A stretch of DNA of 64,000 bases from Octopus sinensis (GCF_006345805.1 NC_043015.1:2232001-2296000); one strand, 5' to 3'. Counted from the first letter of the stretch, positions 1 to 13,860 are shown. Numbers and translations: made by a program. The notes: a model not told the origin generated them from the sequence alone.

Positions 1-436
1 GTGTTGACATTTTCGAAAATGAGGCACATAGTAATTTTGTTGTGAAATATTGTATGTTTGAATTGCTTTCAGGGAACGGTGCTACAAGCTTTTTCTTCAT
101 TCTTTAGAAATGTGATGGAGAGTCACGCAACTCGTTTCACAAACACAGCGGGGATTTTTACAATGAGATCATCTCCGTATTCGCAAAATGTTCACCGGAT
201 TAAGGAACGTCCTAGATGGACGACCTTTCTGATTTAGTGGGTTCGTGTCACACATGAAAGGAATACTACCCAAAGGACCCTTTATGTCCTCTGGGTTATA
301 TAAAAGAAAAGTGATGAGCGTATGGGAAGGCCAACGGGAATATGAAATGCTGAAGTAATATGTTAATGTGTTAACGAATATTTTGTCACGTCTGTATTCA
401 AAGATTCAATCATTTAGAAAAATATTCATTACATCA

Positions 437-439
<3 letters not shown>

Positions 440-507
<68 letters not shown>
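440..507. repeat. (TA)n microsatellite
   Basis: Perfect TA run. Confidence 0.97.
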
Positions 508-510
<3 letters not shown>

Positions 511-1890
511 ACGCTGTACATAAAAATTATTATAAGTAATATTAAACCAATTTGTAATAGTCCTGGGTTATCATTAGAAATGCTTCTATAATTATCGATT
601 CTAAAGTTGCCACAGGGATCAAAATGAAACTTGTTGCTTGTCCCAATCTTCCATTGTTCAGTCAGCGACAAATTGTCGATTACACCAAAGGTTCGTTCAC
701 ATGCACACAAGTAGAATTATGACGTATATATGACGTGGGTGTAAGTAAAGTAAAAGCAAGTTTGAAACCGACATAATGATATCTTGAGCACGATGTGCTA
801 GCAGATGTGAACACAGCTTTAAAAGAACAGTTTCTATTTGCATACGTATCATACATAAGCGGCTTTGTCTTATATTTTGTAACTTACGTTGTTTCAAACG
901 ACGAAATATCAAAACTTAAGAATTACATCTGTTCATTTCGTCACATAGAAGAAAGAAACATTCTTGAAAAACTAGAGCTATACAAAATGCCAATAGCTAT
1001 TCGTCAGAAGAAGAAAAAAAAAGTGCCATAAACGAAATGGCAGTGAATATTGAATACTGGAGACAATGAAATTAATACATAAAGGAATCGAAGACAATAT
1101 CTCCAATTTTGCGTCTGTTTGATTGTCCGTTAAGAATTTAGAGTAAATCATTGCATAATAGAACAACACACGGTCTCAGTTTCCTTACAGGCAATATCCA
1201 ATAGCTCATTATCATTCACGCCAGTATCAAAGAAGCCAGAGAAATCAATAAAAAGAAATAGCTACTAAACATTTGCTTTCAAGTAATGATTATTAAGTCA
1301 AACCGATGTTATCTTCAGACCGTATTGTGTTGAAGTATGATAGTTTTCTAACCAATGTGATTATTCACAAGCATAGTATTAAAGAAATTCTCTGCACTCT
1401 GTAACATTTAAGACGAATCGTATGAAAAGTTAACTTTTACGAATGTAGTTAGGTTGGTGCTTACAACTGAAATACACGAAGCAAATAAAGTTTAATTAAA
1501 TGAATTTCCATTTGTCATAAGGATAAATATTCATTAGTGTTATTGAGAATAGCTGTGCAGGAGGTCAGGTGGACAGATTTGAGATCACAATTTAACAGAA
1601 ATAGACAAAATGGGTACCTCGATTTCCACTGGAGGTGATGAGCTGTTAAGAACGATCAACTGATCTGACTTTAAAATATAGACTTAGTTTGCTGCCCAAC
1701 ATCAAAAAGATGTTCAAAAATTCTTCCAGGAATGAAGTCGTGGAAGGTGAGTTACCTCCTTTCTGTAAAGAGTTTTCTCCTACCCCTTTTCTTATTGATG
1801 TTAGATGTAAAAAAAAATTATATTTAGCGTTTGGCTGGATGGTAATTACACATTTTCCTTCAATGCAAACTGTGTAATTGATCCCAAACA

Positions 1891-1892
<2 letters not shown>

Positions 1893-1981
<89 letters not shown>

Positions 1982-1997
1982 TGTGTGTCTGTGTGTA
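1893..1997. repeat. (GT)n microsatellite
   Basis: About 50 GT units, degenerate at the 3' end. Confidence 0.97.
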
Positions 1998-2102
1998 TGG
2001 GTATGTATTTATTACAAATTCCTCTTATGAATTTAACTAACTAATTGTTTCATCACTAATCTTTAATTAAGAAATACCGTAATAATATTTTTAGCATATG
2101 TA

Positions 2103-2168
<66 letters not shown>

Positions 2169-2330
2169 TAGTCGCTGAAATTTGTCCCTCCTTTTACTTA
2201 TATGATTTAAGTACATAAACATTCACCTACATCGTACGATGCGTGCAATTAAGTAGCAGGCGAAATGGTAAGACCACAAAAGAATGTGACTTCGATATCG
2301 GTAATATATCTGGAATATATCTGTAATATA

Positions 2331-2449
2331 CTTTCGGGGCCGATAAATTAAGCACCTGCTACGCACTGGGTCGCTGTAATCGACTTCATCCCTTTGCCTT
2401 TGTTTGTCTCCTCTGTGTTTAGCCCCTTTTGGGTAGTAAAGAAATAAAC
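2331..2449 (+). mobile_element. 5'-truncated SINE family A with 10-bp TSD
   Basis: Matches the 3' half of the family A copies (ctttcgggg..cgataaattaag...gggtagtaaagaaata); flanked by direct repeat ctgtaatata at 2321-2330 and 2450-2459. Confidence 0.85.
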
Positions 2450-2537
2450 CTGTAATATATGTGATAATGATTCGTTTAGCATAATTAAACCCAGACATCT
2501 GAAACTCAGAGATTTATTATGGCAACCGAATAATTTG

Positions 2538-2539
<2 letters not shown>

Positions 2540-2594
<55 letters not shown>

Positions 2595-2671
2595 CGACAT
2601 ACATACATACATATTACTACATACATACATACATACATACATACATACATAACACATACATACATACATAC
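2540..2671. repeat. compound (TA)n/(TACA)n microsatellite
   Basis: Direct reading. Confidence 0.95.
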
Positions 2672-2731
2672 AAAGGATGTAAGAAAATGGAAATATAGCG
2701 TATAATATAAAATTATTATCTACAAACTTAG

Positions 2732-2820
2732 TCTGTTACAGCTGTTCCAGTCAAGCCTGAAAGATTAAATAGCAATTATTAAAATCCTTATATTAGGCAA
2801 TATCTCTTCAGAGGGGCAGA
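2732..2820 (-). ncRNA. degenerate hammerhead ribozyme motif in a PLE-like terminal remnant
   Basis: Minus strand: CTGAAGA, long stem II with gcct/aggc pairing, GGAA (for GAAA), palindromic cagctg, TA. Core is mutated and stem I is poor. Confidence 0.4.
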
Positions 2821-3084
2821 GGAAAGAAATACCGTTAGGTTTTTATGTGCTGCATTGTAGAATGATCACAGTAGACTGAGTAATATTTTATGATTAATAT
2901 TGGTATATTCCCGGATTATGGGGACTATGGGTTGTTTTAGTGGGTAGTGGATAATATGTGAATGCAATTAGGGTACTGATGGGTAAATAAATAGAAGTGG
3001 AATAGTAAATTACAGTCAAAAAGACTAACATGAATAAGGAGATATAACACATACTTTGGTAAGTTGATTATAAATTGCAGAAAA

Positions 3085-3115
3085 GTTTATATACACATAC
3101 ACATAGATACACACA

Positions 3116-3176
<61 letters not shown>

Positions 3177-3648
3177 AATATATTATATATATATATATAT
3201 ATAATATATATTATATATAAAACATATTCACACATGCATATATATTTACATGCACAAATAATAGATACAAATAGGTATGTTCTTATGCACACATATATGG
3301 CGATACATGTATGTGCACCAAGCCACATGTAAAGAACGATACATATATATGTATATACATATACATATACACATATTTACACGAAGTTATATATATCACA
3401 CGTATGCATACACATGCACACATGTATATGTCAACACTTATACATAACTCACATTTTGTCCACATAGAGCGTGTACACCCGTGTATTGGTTATAAACCGT
3501 GCATATATATATATATATATAAACCTATTGTTTTATGAATATCACTATTCACAACAAATATTTGGTATTAAACCAGTAATTCATTGGATGATGCCATCCC
3601 TTAATCAGACTAATATAACTTCTAATTGAATATATGTACATATGTGTT

Positions 3649-3707
<59 letters not shown>

Positions 3708-3773
3708 ATAGTATATATATATGTATATATATATATATATATATGTATGCGTGTGTATATATATATATATATC

Positions 3774-3805
<32 letters not shown>

Positions 3806-4040
3806 ATATAATATATTATATATATATACATAAATGTACATATATATATATATGTACAGATATATATATATATTATATATATACACATATATGTAATATA
3901 TACATATATATATTTTTGTTTATATATATATATATATATATATATGTATGAACATGTACATATATATGTGTTTGCATATAGTTATTTCTTGTCTATGTAT
4001 TTATATACGCATGTGTGTGTGTATGTGTGTAAATATGTGT
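3085..4040. repeat. (CA)n and long interrupted (TA)n microsatellite region
   Basis: CA run at about 3115-3175; TA-rich array at about 3630-3970. Confidence 0.9.
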
Positions 4041-4560
4041 GATATAATGTATCTATGTTTATAATATGCATTTATATAATTGCCACATGCATTTTTTTCA
4101 TATTTTCTACGCTATGTCTCCATGTATCTAATTTATGTATAATTAGATACACACCTTATGCAATTACATATTCGCTTACAATTGTAATATAAATTATATA
4201 TAATTTGAAATTATTTTCGATTATGGAAACTACAAGAACAACATATATATTTTTATGGCGTGTTTATTTGTATACATGCATACGTTTCGAAATAAATATG
4301 TTACAGTATATGTAGAATAAAGTCTATGCGAGTGTATATATGAATGCGTAAGTGAACAATTGTTTTCTTATGCACACATATGTACGCAAATATATATTTT
4401 TGGCTTTTGAATATTGTTCACTGTTTTTGTTAAAATTGTTTATATAATGACACAACATTTGTATATGTATATCGTCTCCACCTTATGTCATGCTTATAGC
4501 GTCTGGCGATGTATGTATGGACATGTGTATGTATATGAATCATTGCATGTGGTCTATGAT

Positions 4561-4918
4561 AGGCGCAGGCATGGTTGTGTGCTAAGAAACTTGCTTCTCA
4601 ACCACGTGGATCAGGGATCAACGGAACAGCGTATCACCTTCAACCAATACTTCCTATTTTACCCGCGTGCCGAGCAAAATATTGTGAGTAGATTTAGTAG
4701 AGGGAAACTGAAAGAAGCCTGTTGTATATAGGTTTGTGTGTTTGTAGTTGTCGTCTGACATTTGATATTGGTTAATTTTCCCCTTATCTTACCTGTTCGG
4801 TATAAGGGGCCAATATAATAAGTACCAAGCGTACAAAGAATACGTCCCGAGGTGTATTTTGTCGACTAAAAGGAGATGCTCCAGCATGACTGCAGTCAAA
4901 TGGCAGAGAGAATTAAAG
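4561..4918 (+). mobile_element. decayed SINE family B
   Basis: aggcgcaggcatggttgtgtg head, ggaaactgaaagaagcc body and gctccagcatgactgcagtcaaat tail, collinear with the copy at 44781. Confidence 0.8.
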
Positions 4919-5093
4919 ATATATATATATATATATATATGTACACAAATAAGAAAATGGAGGAACAGATTCCTTTCAATCATCGACTTACAGATATTAC
5001 CAATTCATATTATTTATTAACCACTTAAATAGGAACATCCAAATCCAACAGAATAAAACAATATACATCAGAAAACCCCTATCTCACTTTGTA

Positions 5094-5133
<40 letters not shown>

Positions 5134-5148
5134 TCTATGGAATGCATG

Positions 5149-5317
5149 TATTTTGTATATCTTTACGGTCTGAGTTCAAATTCCGCTGAGGTCGACTTTG
5201 ACTTTCATCCTTTCGGGGTCGATAAATTAAATACCAGTTGCCTACTGGGATTAATCTAATCGATGGGTCCCTTTCTTCAAAATTTTGGGACCTTGTACCT
5301 AGAGTAGAAAATAATAT
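5149..5317 (+). mobile_element. 5'-truncated SINE family A, alternative 3' tail
   Basis: B-box gagttcaaattcc and central tttcatcctttcggggtcgataaattaaataccag; tail ccttgtacctagagtagaaa differs from the main subfamily. Confidence 0.8.
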
Positions 5318-6314
5318 AGTGCAATAGAACATTTTAATTAAATTGAATGGAATTAGATATTTGTTTAACGTGGAACCAATATGGTTTTCATCAACATTAT
5401 TTTGATATCCATATTTATCGTGCGTCCACAGATGGAACTTGTTTCACATTCAGAATATAACCGTGATTGCTTCTATTTATTTTTAAAATCATTTTTGCAT
5501 TATACTACTAGACATGTGGCCGTGATTTAAAATGGGATTTTGCTTCAGAAGTATTTGCAAATTATGGATCACAGAATCTTATACTGGAGAGAATCAGGGA
5601 TAAATAAAATCGACCAAATGAAGAAAATATATGCGGGAATAGATTAAAAAGTAAAACCCGTTGATTAATACATGAACACACATTCAGGAATTTCTGTGAT
5701 TATTTGGAAAGCTATTTATATCGAAGCAAGAACTATTGATTTGAGGAAGATTTGTATTACTGCCAATATAGCCGATACTACATTAGACAATACTATTAAT
5801 TTTCGATTGTATAGATTTTTCGTATAATAATTATTTATTTTGACGAGGCAAAATGCCAATAACTATAGCACAAATGCCAATTCCTCTAGTGGTGTCTAAT
5901 AAACTAAATTGCTCCCCGCAAATTCGTGATAAATTTACTGATACACCATTCAAAAATGAGTTTAAGAAAAATTAACTAAATTTCTTTTGCCAAACAAGAA
6001 ACGAAACGATTCGCGGGAGGCATCTAAGGGAAACTCTTCGCGGTCAATCGACTTTCAATATATAACAGGCAACCTGTTTTCAAATTATATTCTATCGAAT
6101 TTAAAATTACATAGCTGTTTCTTATTTGATGTACTAGTTTATGTGATAACACCAGCGGTATGTGTAATAGTAGAATTCCATGATATATTGGACCGGTGAC
6201 TAAATGTGGAATGCAAAGATAGCTATCTTAATGATAATGCTAATGATGATATGTTTACTTACATTCTTGCTTGATCTTCTAAAATTGGCAGTTAAATCTT
6301 CTGTGAATGACGAT

Positions 6315-6736
6315 AGGAGTGGCTCTGTGGCAAGTAGCGTGCTTGCGAACCACATGGTTCTGGGTTCATTCCCACTGCGTGATATCTTCGGCAAGTGTCT
6401 TCTACCATAGCGTAGGGCCGACCAAAGCCTTGTGAGTGGATTTGGTAGACGGAAACTGAAAGAAACCCGTCGTCTATATGTGTTTATATATATATATGTA
6501 TGTGTGTATATGTTTGTGTGTATATGTTTGTGTGTCTGTATTTGTCCCCCCCAACATCGCTTGACAACCGATGCTGGTGTGTTTACGTCCCCGTATCTTA
6601 GCGGTTCAGCAAAAGTGTTCGATAGAATAAGTACTAGGCATACAAAATATAAATCCTGGGGTCGATTTGCTCGACTAAAGGCGGTGCTCCAGCATGGCCA
6701 CAGTCAAATGACTGAGACAAGTAAAAGAGTAAAAGT
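6315..6736 (+). mobile_element. SINE family B, near full length, with internal TA/TG microsatellite
   Basis: tRNA-like A/B boxes (tggctctgtgg; ggttcattccc), CORE-like cttcggcaagtgtctt, gtaaaagag tail repeats; high identity to 44781 and 51666. Confidence 0.9.
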
Positions 6737-7184
6737 GTATAGATGGTTCAGGCTTAGTGGGGCTGATGGACTAGCGGCGACCCTTATTGAAAATGCTTGG
6801 CTTGCCATAATTTTGAAAGCTGTTTATCCAAGAAAATTTATGGATAATCTGCTATGAATACATATATCCAATATTAGTTAGGAACTTATACGCTTATTCA
6901 ATAATTGTCCGTTCTCTTGATTGATAATTTATAACACTGTTTCCGGAAACAGAAGAAATATGAAGCAACTGCCTTAACTTAGAATTTAGGATTTTTATCA
7001 TTGACGCAAGAAATTAAAAGATCTCCAAATAGATTTCCAGTCACTGTCATTGTTAGTACACTTTTCCCCGCCTTCTCCTCCTCCCCCTCCACCCTCCTTC
7101 TCCCCTCCTCTACCTCCTCGTCGTCCTCTTCCTTCCATCGTCATCGTACTAGTGGAGGTGGTGGTTGGGGTGCTGGTGTCAGCA

Positions 7185-7267
7185 GAATCATCATCATCAG
7201 CTGCAGTAGCAGCATCAGCATCAGTAGTAGTAGTGGTAGTAGTAGTAATAGTAGTAGTATTAGTATT

Positions 7268-7346
<79 letters not shown>

Positions 7347-7362
7347 TAGTAGTAGTAGTAGT
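7185..7362. repeat. compound trinucleotide microsatellite (ATC/AGC/AGT/ATT)
   Basis: Successive triplet runs; source of the poly-S/I/V/L ORFs. Confidence 0.95.
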
Positions 7363-8409
7363 GGCTCGGTGTAAATATTTGTTCTTCATCGAAAAGAGAG
7401 TAGGCAAATATTATAAATAAGAAAATAGTGGAGGCGACACCATTCTTCTGGCGACGTCTTTTGATTCCTGTATGGAAGACATCAACGTAGAATTGTACCG
7501 CTAATAAAGGAATATAATAATTGAAATTATAATACCTTCTACAAAATTCTATAAATATTTAATCAAATCTATTTTTCTTGAACGTAGAAACTTAGCATTT
7601 TTTGCCAAAACAATCAACGCCATTCTAATAGAGTATATGATCAACAGCACGTAATTGGATTTAAATACATGTGAGTATCAGAGTAAATATCTTGCTGCGG
7701 CAGACACATATTTAATACATATTACAAAGGAAACCAATTATATCCGGTGTAATTATGAGCCCATAGTTACCGGATCACAGAATCTCAAATCGGTATCATT
7801 TTCTTTCATTGATTACATATGTAATTCTCTCCACGAATGTATGGCTCTAAAGTTTACATCACACTGATACGATTAAGCTCACGATACTAGTCTGTTTCCG
7901 CACTTCCCTGCTGTAAACTTGAATAAATGAGAAATATGCAGCAAGAGTTCCGAGTAATTGTTGCTGCGTCTGGAAAATTTAATATGTGACAATATTAAAC
8001 AACACCATATGCTAACTGACTGTATTTTAGATTCTCGGCTATAGTGGAACAAATGGTATAACTGTTATGGTCTCAACTAGTCTCTGCGGATACACTAAAT
8101 GCACAAGTTCAAACATGCTCTCATATCATAAGGCAATAATTTAATCTCGGTTCGGTGTTTAAATATTCTTAATGAATGTTGAAACTGCTTTTCGTCATTT
8201 AGATGACGATTAGTGCCGTCTGCTTGAGAATAGCTCACACAATGGAGAAGCAACTCTACAGTATTTGTTCCAAATTTATATTCTTAGTTCAAATCCCACT
8301 GATTTATTTAACCATTCAATCCTATGCTGCATAGAAAATAACGTACCACTCATGGACTAGGGTCAGTGTAACGGCTGGAATGTTCACTTTAATGTTGATT
8401 ATCCTGAAC

Positions 8410-8560
8410 GGCGGCGAGCTAGGGAAAACGCTTAACGATTTTCGTCCGTCTTTAAGCTCCCAATTCAAATTCTGACGGTAGGATAAAAATCTGTTAAACA
8501 CAGGGGTCGATGTAATCGACTTACTCCCTTGGCGGCCTGGTGCAAAATTTTAAAACCAAT
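8410..8560 (+). mobile_element. old, internally deleted SINE family A
   Basis: ggcggcgagct head, ggggtcgatgtaatcgactt core, ggcctggtgcaaaattttaaaacc tail. Confidence 0.65.
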
Positions 8561-9622
8561 ATCGCTGGTCTGGTATCAAAATAAGAAACTATCATTTATA
8601 TTCCTGTAGAAATAAGTACCAATAATATTTTATGTTGCATAGCTGACATGTTTTAGCTTACATTGTAGTGCATCTAATTTTACTTTCTCAAGTTTTTTTA
8701 ACAGCGGAATAAAACGAGAGAATATAGTATATTCTATGTGATACATTGTATTCGAGGATATACTAGATAGATTTCTATTTAATTACATATTATCGTCTCC
8801 GAACGAAGTTACGAACAATCGTTAAAGATGTTCTGGATACTCCATTTCTATGAGCAAGATGTGGTGGAAAAACAAAGTTGAGACGATGATCACTATAACT
8901 CTGGTCGGCCATTCTAAGTCATTATTGAACAAAGAAACAATAGTAAGATATAAAACGTTATGTTTTTCTTTTTTTATGGAGGTTTCAGGCAAGAAAACGC
9001 TTACAGTTGATCGATTTCGTTATGATCGAACTTTAGACATTGTTCAGTATATTATATTTTGGTCGCAATTTCGGAAGATGTGATCTTCAGATTTTAGTCA
9101 CGTATGTGTATGAGTGTGCACACGAGCCCGTTTGTTACATTACGTTTGTAAAAAGCTCAATAAAAATATTTTCCCAAATTTTATCTAAATTACATCATAT
9201 TGTAATGAAGGCAGTAATTATTAACGAGTGGTAGGCTTGTTTGAATATATAACATTTCTAATTTGAAAGGTTCAATCCCCCTCTCAAGAGAAAAATTATC
9301 AAATTGCAATATTTTTGTAATGTTTCAATAATACGCTTGATGATGAATTTATGAATTACAACGTATTGTTGTACGTAATGTGTAAATAATAAAACATTCT
9401 TGGATATTGGAGGAGGTGTAATACATGTTTGAAATGTAAAAGAATAAATCAAGCCTGACTGTTATTTTAAAGAAAAAAAATTGTATTTGACTATAATACC
9501 TTATGACAAAATGTATTTATGCAAATATGGTATGTGACAGAAATTATTCATTTATGATACAAAGAAGCAATAAAATAAAGTTTAGTGATTTGATAGTATA
9601 GAAGATGACTGAGATAGTATAG

Positions 9623-9763
9623 ACGATGGTGAATATGACTCAACGAAATTGTAATCCGAATGAGTCAGAGTGGCTGATTCAGCGCATCTCACTCGCCGTC
9701 CTCCGGGGCAACTCCTGTTCTGTTTTGTCTGCTGGAGCCATGAGAAATGTTTCTGTATTGTGA
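9623..9763 (+). pseudogene. C-terminal fragment of a CRE-like non-LTR retrotransposon (restriction-like endonuclease end)
   Basis: Translates to PNESEWLIQRISLAVLRGNSCSVLSAG, matching the QRxSxAxxRGN motif that ends CRE-clade ORFs. Confidence 0.6.
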
Positions 9764-10299
9764 GAGGTAAGAGTGTTCATAATTAGTTTAAATAAAGGTA
9801 GTGTATTTCATTAATACGTTAAAAAGATCAATTTTTTCTAATAATTTGCTTATATCAAGCCCAAAATATTTATAGTGAAAAATCAACCAATTTCTGACTG
9901 ATACTCTTGTGATTCCGGCAATTCATTATCCACAAGGCATAATCATAACAGCTTCTATATTTGCATAATTCATAAATATATTTTATTATCCTTGTTGTTT
10001 ATCCCATTATATTGCCTGATTATAATGTTGTGTAATAACTAACACCTTGCCATTTTACTGAATCTACTGCTAAGATATCTAATGTGTCATTTCTTTATTT
10101 ATATAACACTTTAATGATTTGTTTTGTAAGATTCATTATCATACCCACAAATCCACAGTTTATATTTACATACAGGTAGAATAGTTAGTGGGCTGTTATG
10201 TAGATGTATGTATGTGCATGTGTTTATGTGTGTGCGTATATATACGTATAAGTATATGCACATATATGTAGGCAAATGAATATGAATGTAGACGTATAG

Positions 10300-10911
10300 A
10301 AATAGAGCGTCGTGTACGGTGCTTGGGTAGTGCCAAAATACAATACAAAAAAGAATATTCACCAAAACAAGCTAATGGTGTCTGTTTGGTGGTCAAGCGC
10401 TAGTGCCATCAACTACAGCTTCATGATATCAGGCAAGTCAATTACAGTGAATGTATACATTGACTATTTGGATGACATGATGAGTGAACTTGGAATTAAA
10501 CAACCGATATTTGTCAGTAGAGATAGGCCAATTCTCTTGCAAGACAATGCTCGACCACATGTTGCAAAAAGAACCCTACTCCAGTTACATGATCTGAACT
10601 TGGGAGTAATCTGTCATCCAGCATGTTCCCCTGACCTTGCACCAACTGAGTGTCACGTTTTCCAGGTATTAGACAACTTTTACCAGGGAAAAATCTTCAA
10701 ATGTTAAGATGCGTAAACGGCCTTTCGTGATTTCATCAACTGTTGCTCTCTAGCCTTTTTCGCTGTCGGCATAAATAAGCTACCGATAGAATGGCAAAAT
10801 TGTTTTGGCAATTTAGGTGCATACTTTGATTAACTGCATTGCTTTGTGATGAGGTAAACTAAAATTACCTTTCAGTTTAAAAACGGACATTTCATTTTTA
10901 ATGACGTAATA
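10300..10911 (+). mobile_element. mariner transposon relic (3' half), probably cecropia-like
   Basis: ORF 10312-10707 has KLMVSVWW, LLQDNARPH and HPACSPDLAPT(E) with 34 residues between catalytic positions; a broken continuation INKLPIEWQNCFGNLGAYFD* ends at 10833; TIR-like end ggacatttcatttttaatgacgtaata. Confidence 0.92.
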
Positions 10912-11198
10912 CACATACACGCGCGCTAACACACACGTGTGTTTGTTTGTGTGTGATATATATGTGAAAAGGTTGAATTATATTTCATCCTTTAATTTAT
11001 AGGGTTCCAAAAAAAAAGCGATTTCTAATAAGAATTCTTCATATTTTGCTGGCAGCTTACTAGCGTAAGATTGCAAATATGAGAATAATACTAGCATATA
11101 TTGCGTTATGAGAATTTATGGAAAGGTACCCCATGCAACTCAAAAAGTGTGATAAAAATGGAGAAGAGAAGATGTTAAAATATGAAAGCGTTTTAATA

Positions 11199-11308
11199 CA
11201 TGCATACGATAATTTCAAACAGCGATATTAAAACATGTAAAATCATTGTAGAATAATTAAATTAACTTGATTAAATTAATATCATATCACTGTTCTCATC
11301 AGTGAATG
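11199..11308 (-). ncRNA. hammerhead ribozyme motif (stem III damaged)
   Basis: Minus: cattca-CTGATGA-gaacagtgata...tatcgctgttt-GAAA-ttatcg-TA-tgcatg; 11-bp stem II with a long loop. Confidence 0.65.
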
Positions 11309-11339
11309 TCGGATATACATGATAAATATATATATCCGG

Positions 11340-11454
11340 CTTTCATTGATGAGAACTATGATATGTAATTAATTTAATTTAATCAAATTAATGTAATTCT
11401 TCTACTATGAATTTACATGTTTTAACATCACTGTTTGAAACGATCGAATGCATG
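11340..11454 (+). ncRNA. hammerhead ribozyme motif (core damaged)
   Basis: ctttca-TTGATGA-gaactatgat...catcactgttt-GAAA-cgatcg-AA-tgcatg; mirror of 11199-11308 with different mutations. Confidence 0.6.
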
Positions 11455-11563
11455 CATCAACTTTTAAAAGATTTTAACAGCTCTTCGCAATGTTTAACAA
11501 ACTTGTTGAGTTTTGTGGGATATCTTTCCATAAATTCTCATAAAGTACCATATATTTATACTA

Positions 11564-11639
<76 letters not shown>

Positions 11640-13575
11640 ATGGCCTTTCCTATGCCGTAAGCCTAGGATATAGTGCAGGTACCTTATGGTCTAAACACCC
11701 AATGAATTTTCACGTGGTTACTGTGATATAAAATATAAATTTTGCTTTCTCCCATATCTGGAATTAAACTCTGAGAGACCGGGTTTATGTAACATGTCAA
11801 GCCATAACGATGCAAGTTAATTATCTAATACATTCGCTTTTTTGTAACATATCATTTTGGGAGAGCCTACATAGAAACACCTTTAATGGATGTTATGCAT
11901 TTTTGGACCATACAAGTTACTGATATTTCTAATAGTTACCTTACAGACTCTTTAAATGTCATTTCTTGAATTGAATCCGCCTCCAGAATTAGCCTTATAT
12001 GTCTTGGGATGCACTCTCGTGTAATCTTTTAATTATGATAATAAATCTGTTTATCTTGTACAAGTATCCATCCCAAAACTTATTCATTACGATCCACATA
12101 ATACGTTCCTTTTATGAAAATTTTGCGTCAGGCTACATGTGCGTGTGAATGTGCATGCGATGAGATAGAAAGAACGGGGAAGTCATATTGAAAATATTAT
12201 TGTCTTAACATTTTGTGTTTGCCGTTTTGAATTTATTTTTCATCCGTTTTGTTCAACAACTTAAAGCCATTCTAGTTGGCTTGCTTCCTCAACTTTTTAT
12301 GACATCTGCTCGACTTTACCAGCAAGATTGTTTTCTTTTTCTACTCTGTTTCCAGATTCCCACAATTTAAGCAAGCTAATTTGGTTACCATTTCCCTCTT
12401 CCCTCTTCTCTTGTGTATTTACCTGAAAAGGCGATTAAGTGATATATGGCCTATGATACCATCGAACTCTGCTTTTGACTTCATTTTTATTCTCTTATTT
12501 AAGCAGTTTGTCATTGTTATTTTGTTCACGTTGCTCCAATGCCTATCACAAAATTCCTATTGCATCACAATTGCAGCCATCTCGACTCAATTTCAATATT
12601 ATTTTATCTCTCCTCACACGCATCACTTATTTTGATGCAATAGTTTAAAACTGCCTCTTCATTGACTTCATTTACATTTCAGTCTCTGTGTTGTTGTCTG
12701 CAGGGATTTGTACATTCCTTTTGTTTCCCTCCGATTCCAGGTTCACAACGATGACATTCAGCTTTATAGATAACGTCTAGAACCCTTTCGGTCACAATTC
12801 AACACTCATCCTTATTTAACTTCCTTTATGCACTCATTCAGAAACACGCAGGCAACAAGTGGGAGACGCGAAATATTAATATCCGTTATAAATACATGAA
12901 CACACAATTCATCGCGGCAGACATATTAATGGATACATCATACCATTTTACACTGAGATTTGTACATGCGATGCTCTTACATAAACAACGACACACATTC
13001 CATCATGCATACATTTATAACGCATTGACGACTGTGCATGGAAACCGAAATAATGCGATTTCCCCATTCTCACATACCCATACGCATATCTTTTTGCAAT
13101 ATGTCATCGTGTGAATGTTTCTGTTTATGCATATAATTTCCCCTACTCTGACACAGAAATGCACGCAAAATCATGTGTATACAAACTCACGAATATGCAA
13201 TTGAACGCAAATACAACACCTGATATAAACTATAACAGGCAGGCAGAAACTACTTATATGTGTTCTTCAAACACATTCTCACAGGGTCCAGCATGCAGAC
13301 AAGAACCAAAATACGCGCAGAATTATTCCTGTACATATGTGTAGTCTCCAGCATTGAAATATCATATTACACTATTCCTAAATCTTTGTGAAATTGCGGC
13401 CAAAATATAAAGAACCACAACGGGGAAAATTCAGTGGTTGTAGTTTTCTTTGCGAGACAAAACAAGGTGTGAAAACCTGCCTAGACACGTGTCTCCAACG
13501 CAAGAAGCAATTAGTAGCTCGAATATTTCTACTGTGTCTCACTGTCTCTCACTGGATGGGGTACAAACAACTCCA

Positions 13576-13628
<53 letters not shown>

Positions 13629-13860
13629 CATATGCATAATTATAACAATATTCTTTCTAATTAAGCAAATACTATATGCCGATTCTATGTCTTACTTTAC
13701 CAATAAGGATCGATCAATACATCACAGTCACAGTCACATACAACTATTCAAAAATCACCGCACATATATCTATGCATACATACATATATATATATATATA
13801 CATACGTACATACACACGCCAACACACAGAAACATTCATATACATAAATATATCCCACCG

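Larger units (their letters stand above)
11106..11543. repeat. long imperfect inverted repeat (about 210-bp arms) carrying two hammerhead motifs
   Basis: ttatgagaatttatggaaag (11106-11125) pairs with ctttccataaattctcataa (11524-11543); arms collinear up to the centre gtcggatata...tatatccggc. Confidence 0.9.

Noticed and set aside
795-1031. 78-aa ORF with faint resemblance to a PLE endonuclease region
   Set aside because: No convincing motif; cannot be supported by eye.
1255-1325. Minus-strand CTGAAGA...GAAA hammerhead candidate
   Set aside because: Stems I and II do not pair.
6432-6857. 141-aa ORF, and similar ORFs at 34304-34702, 45955-46362 and 26250-26690
   Set aside because: Read-through of SINE sequence.
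9056-9095. Minus-strand CTGAAGA...GAAA candidate
   Set aside because: No stem II, no NUH and no stem I; just a small hairpin.
13475-13560. GAGA-cacgtg-TC with palindromic stem III-like motif (similar at about 14960)
   Set aside because: No recognisable CUGAnGA box or stem I.
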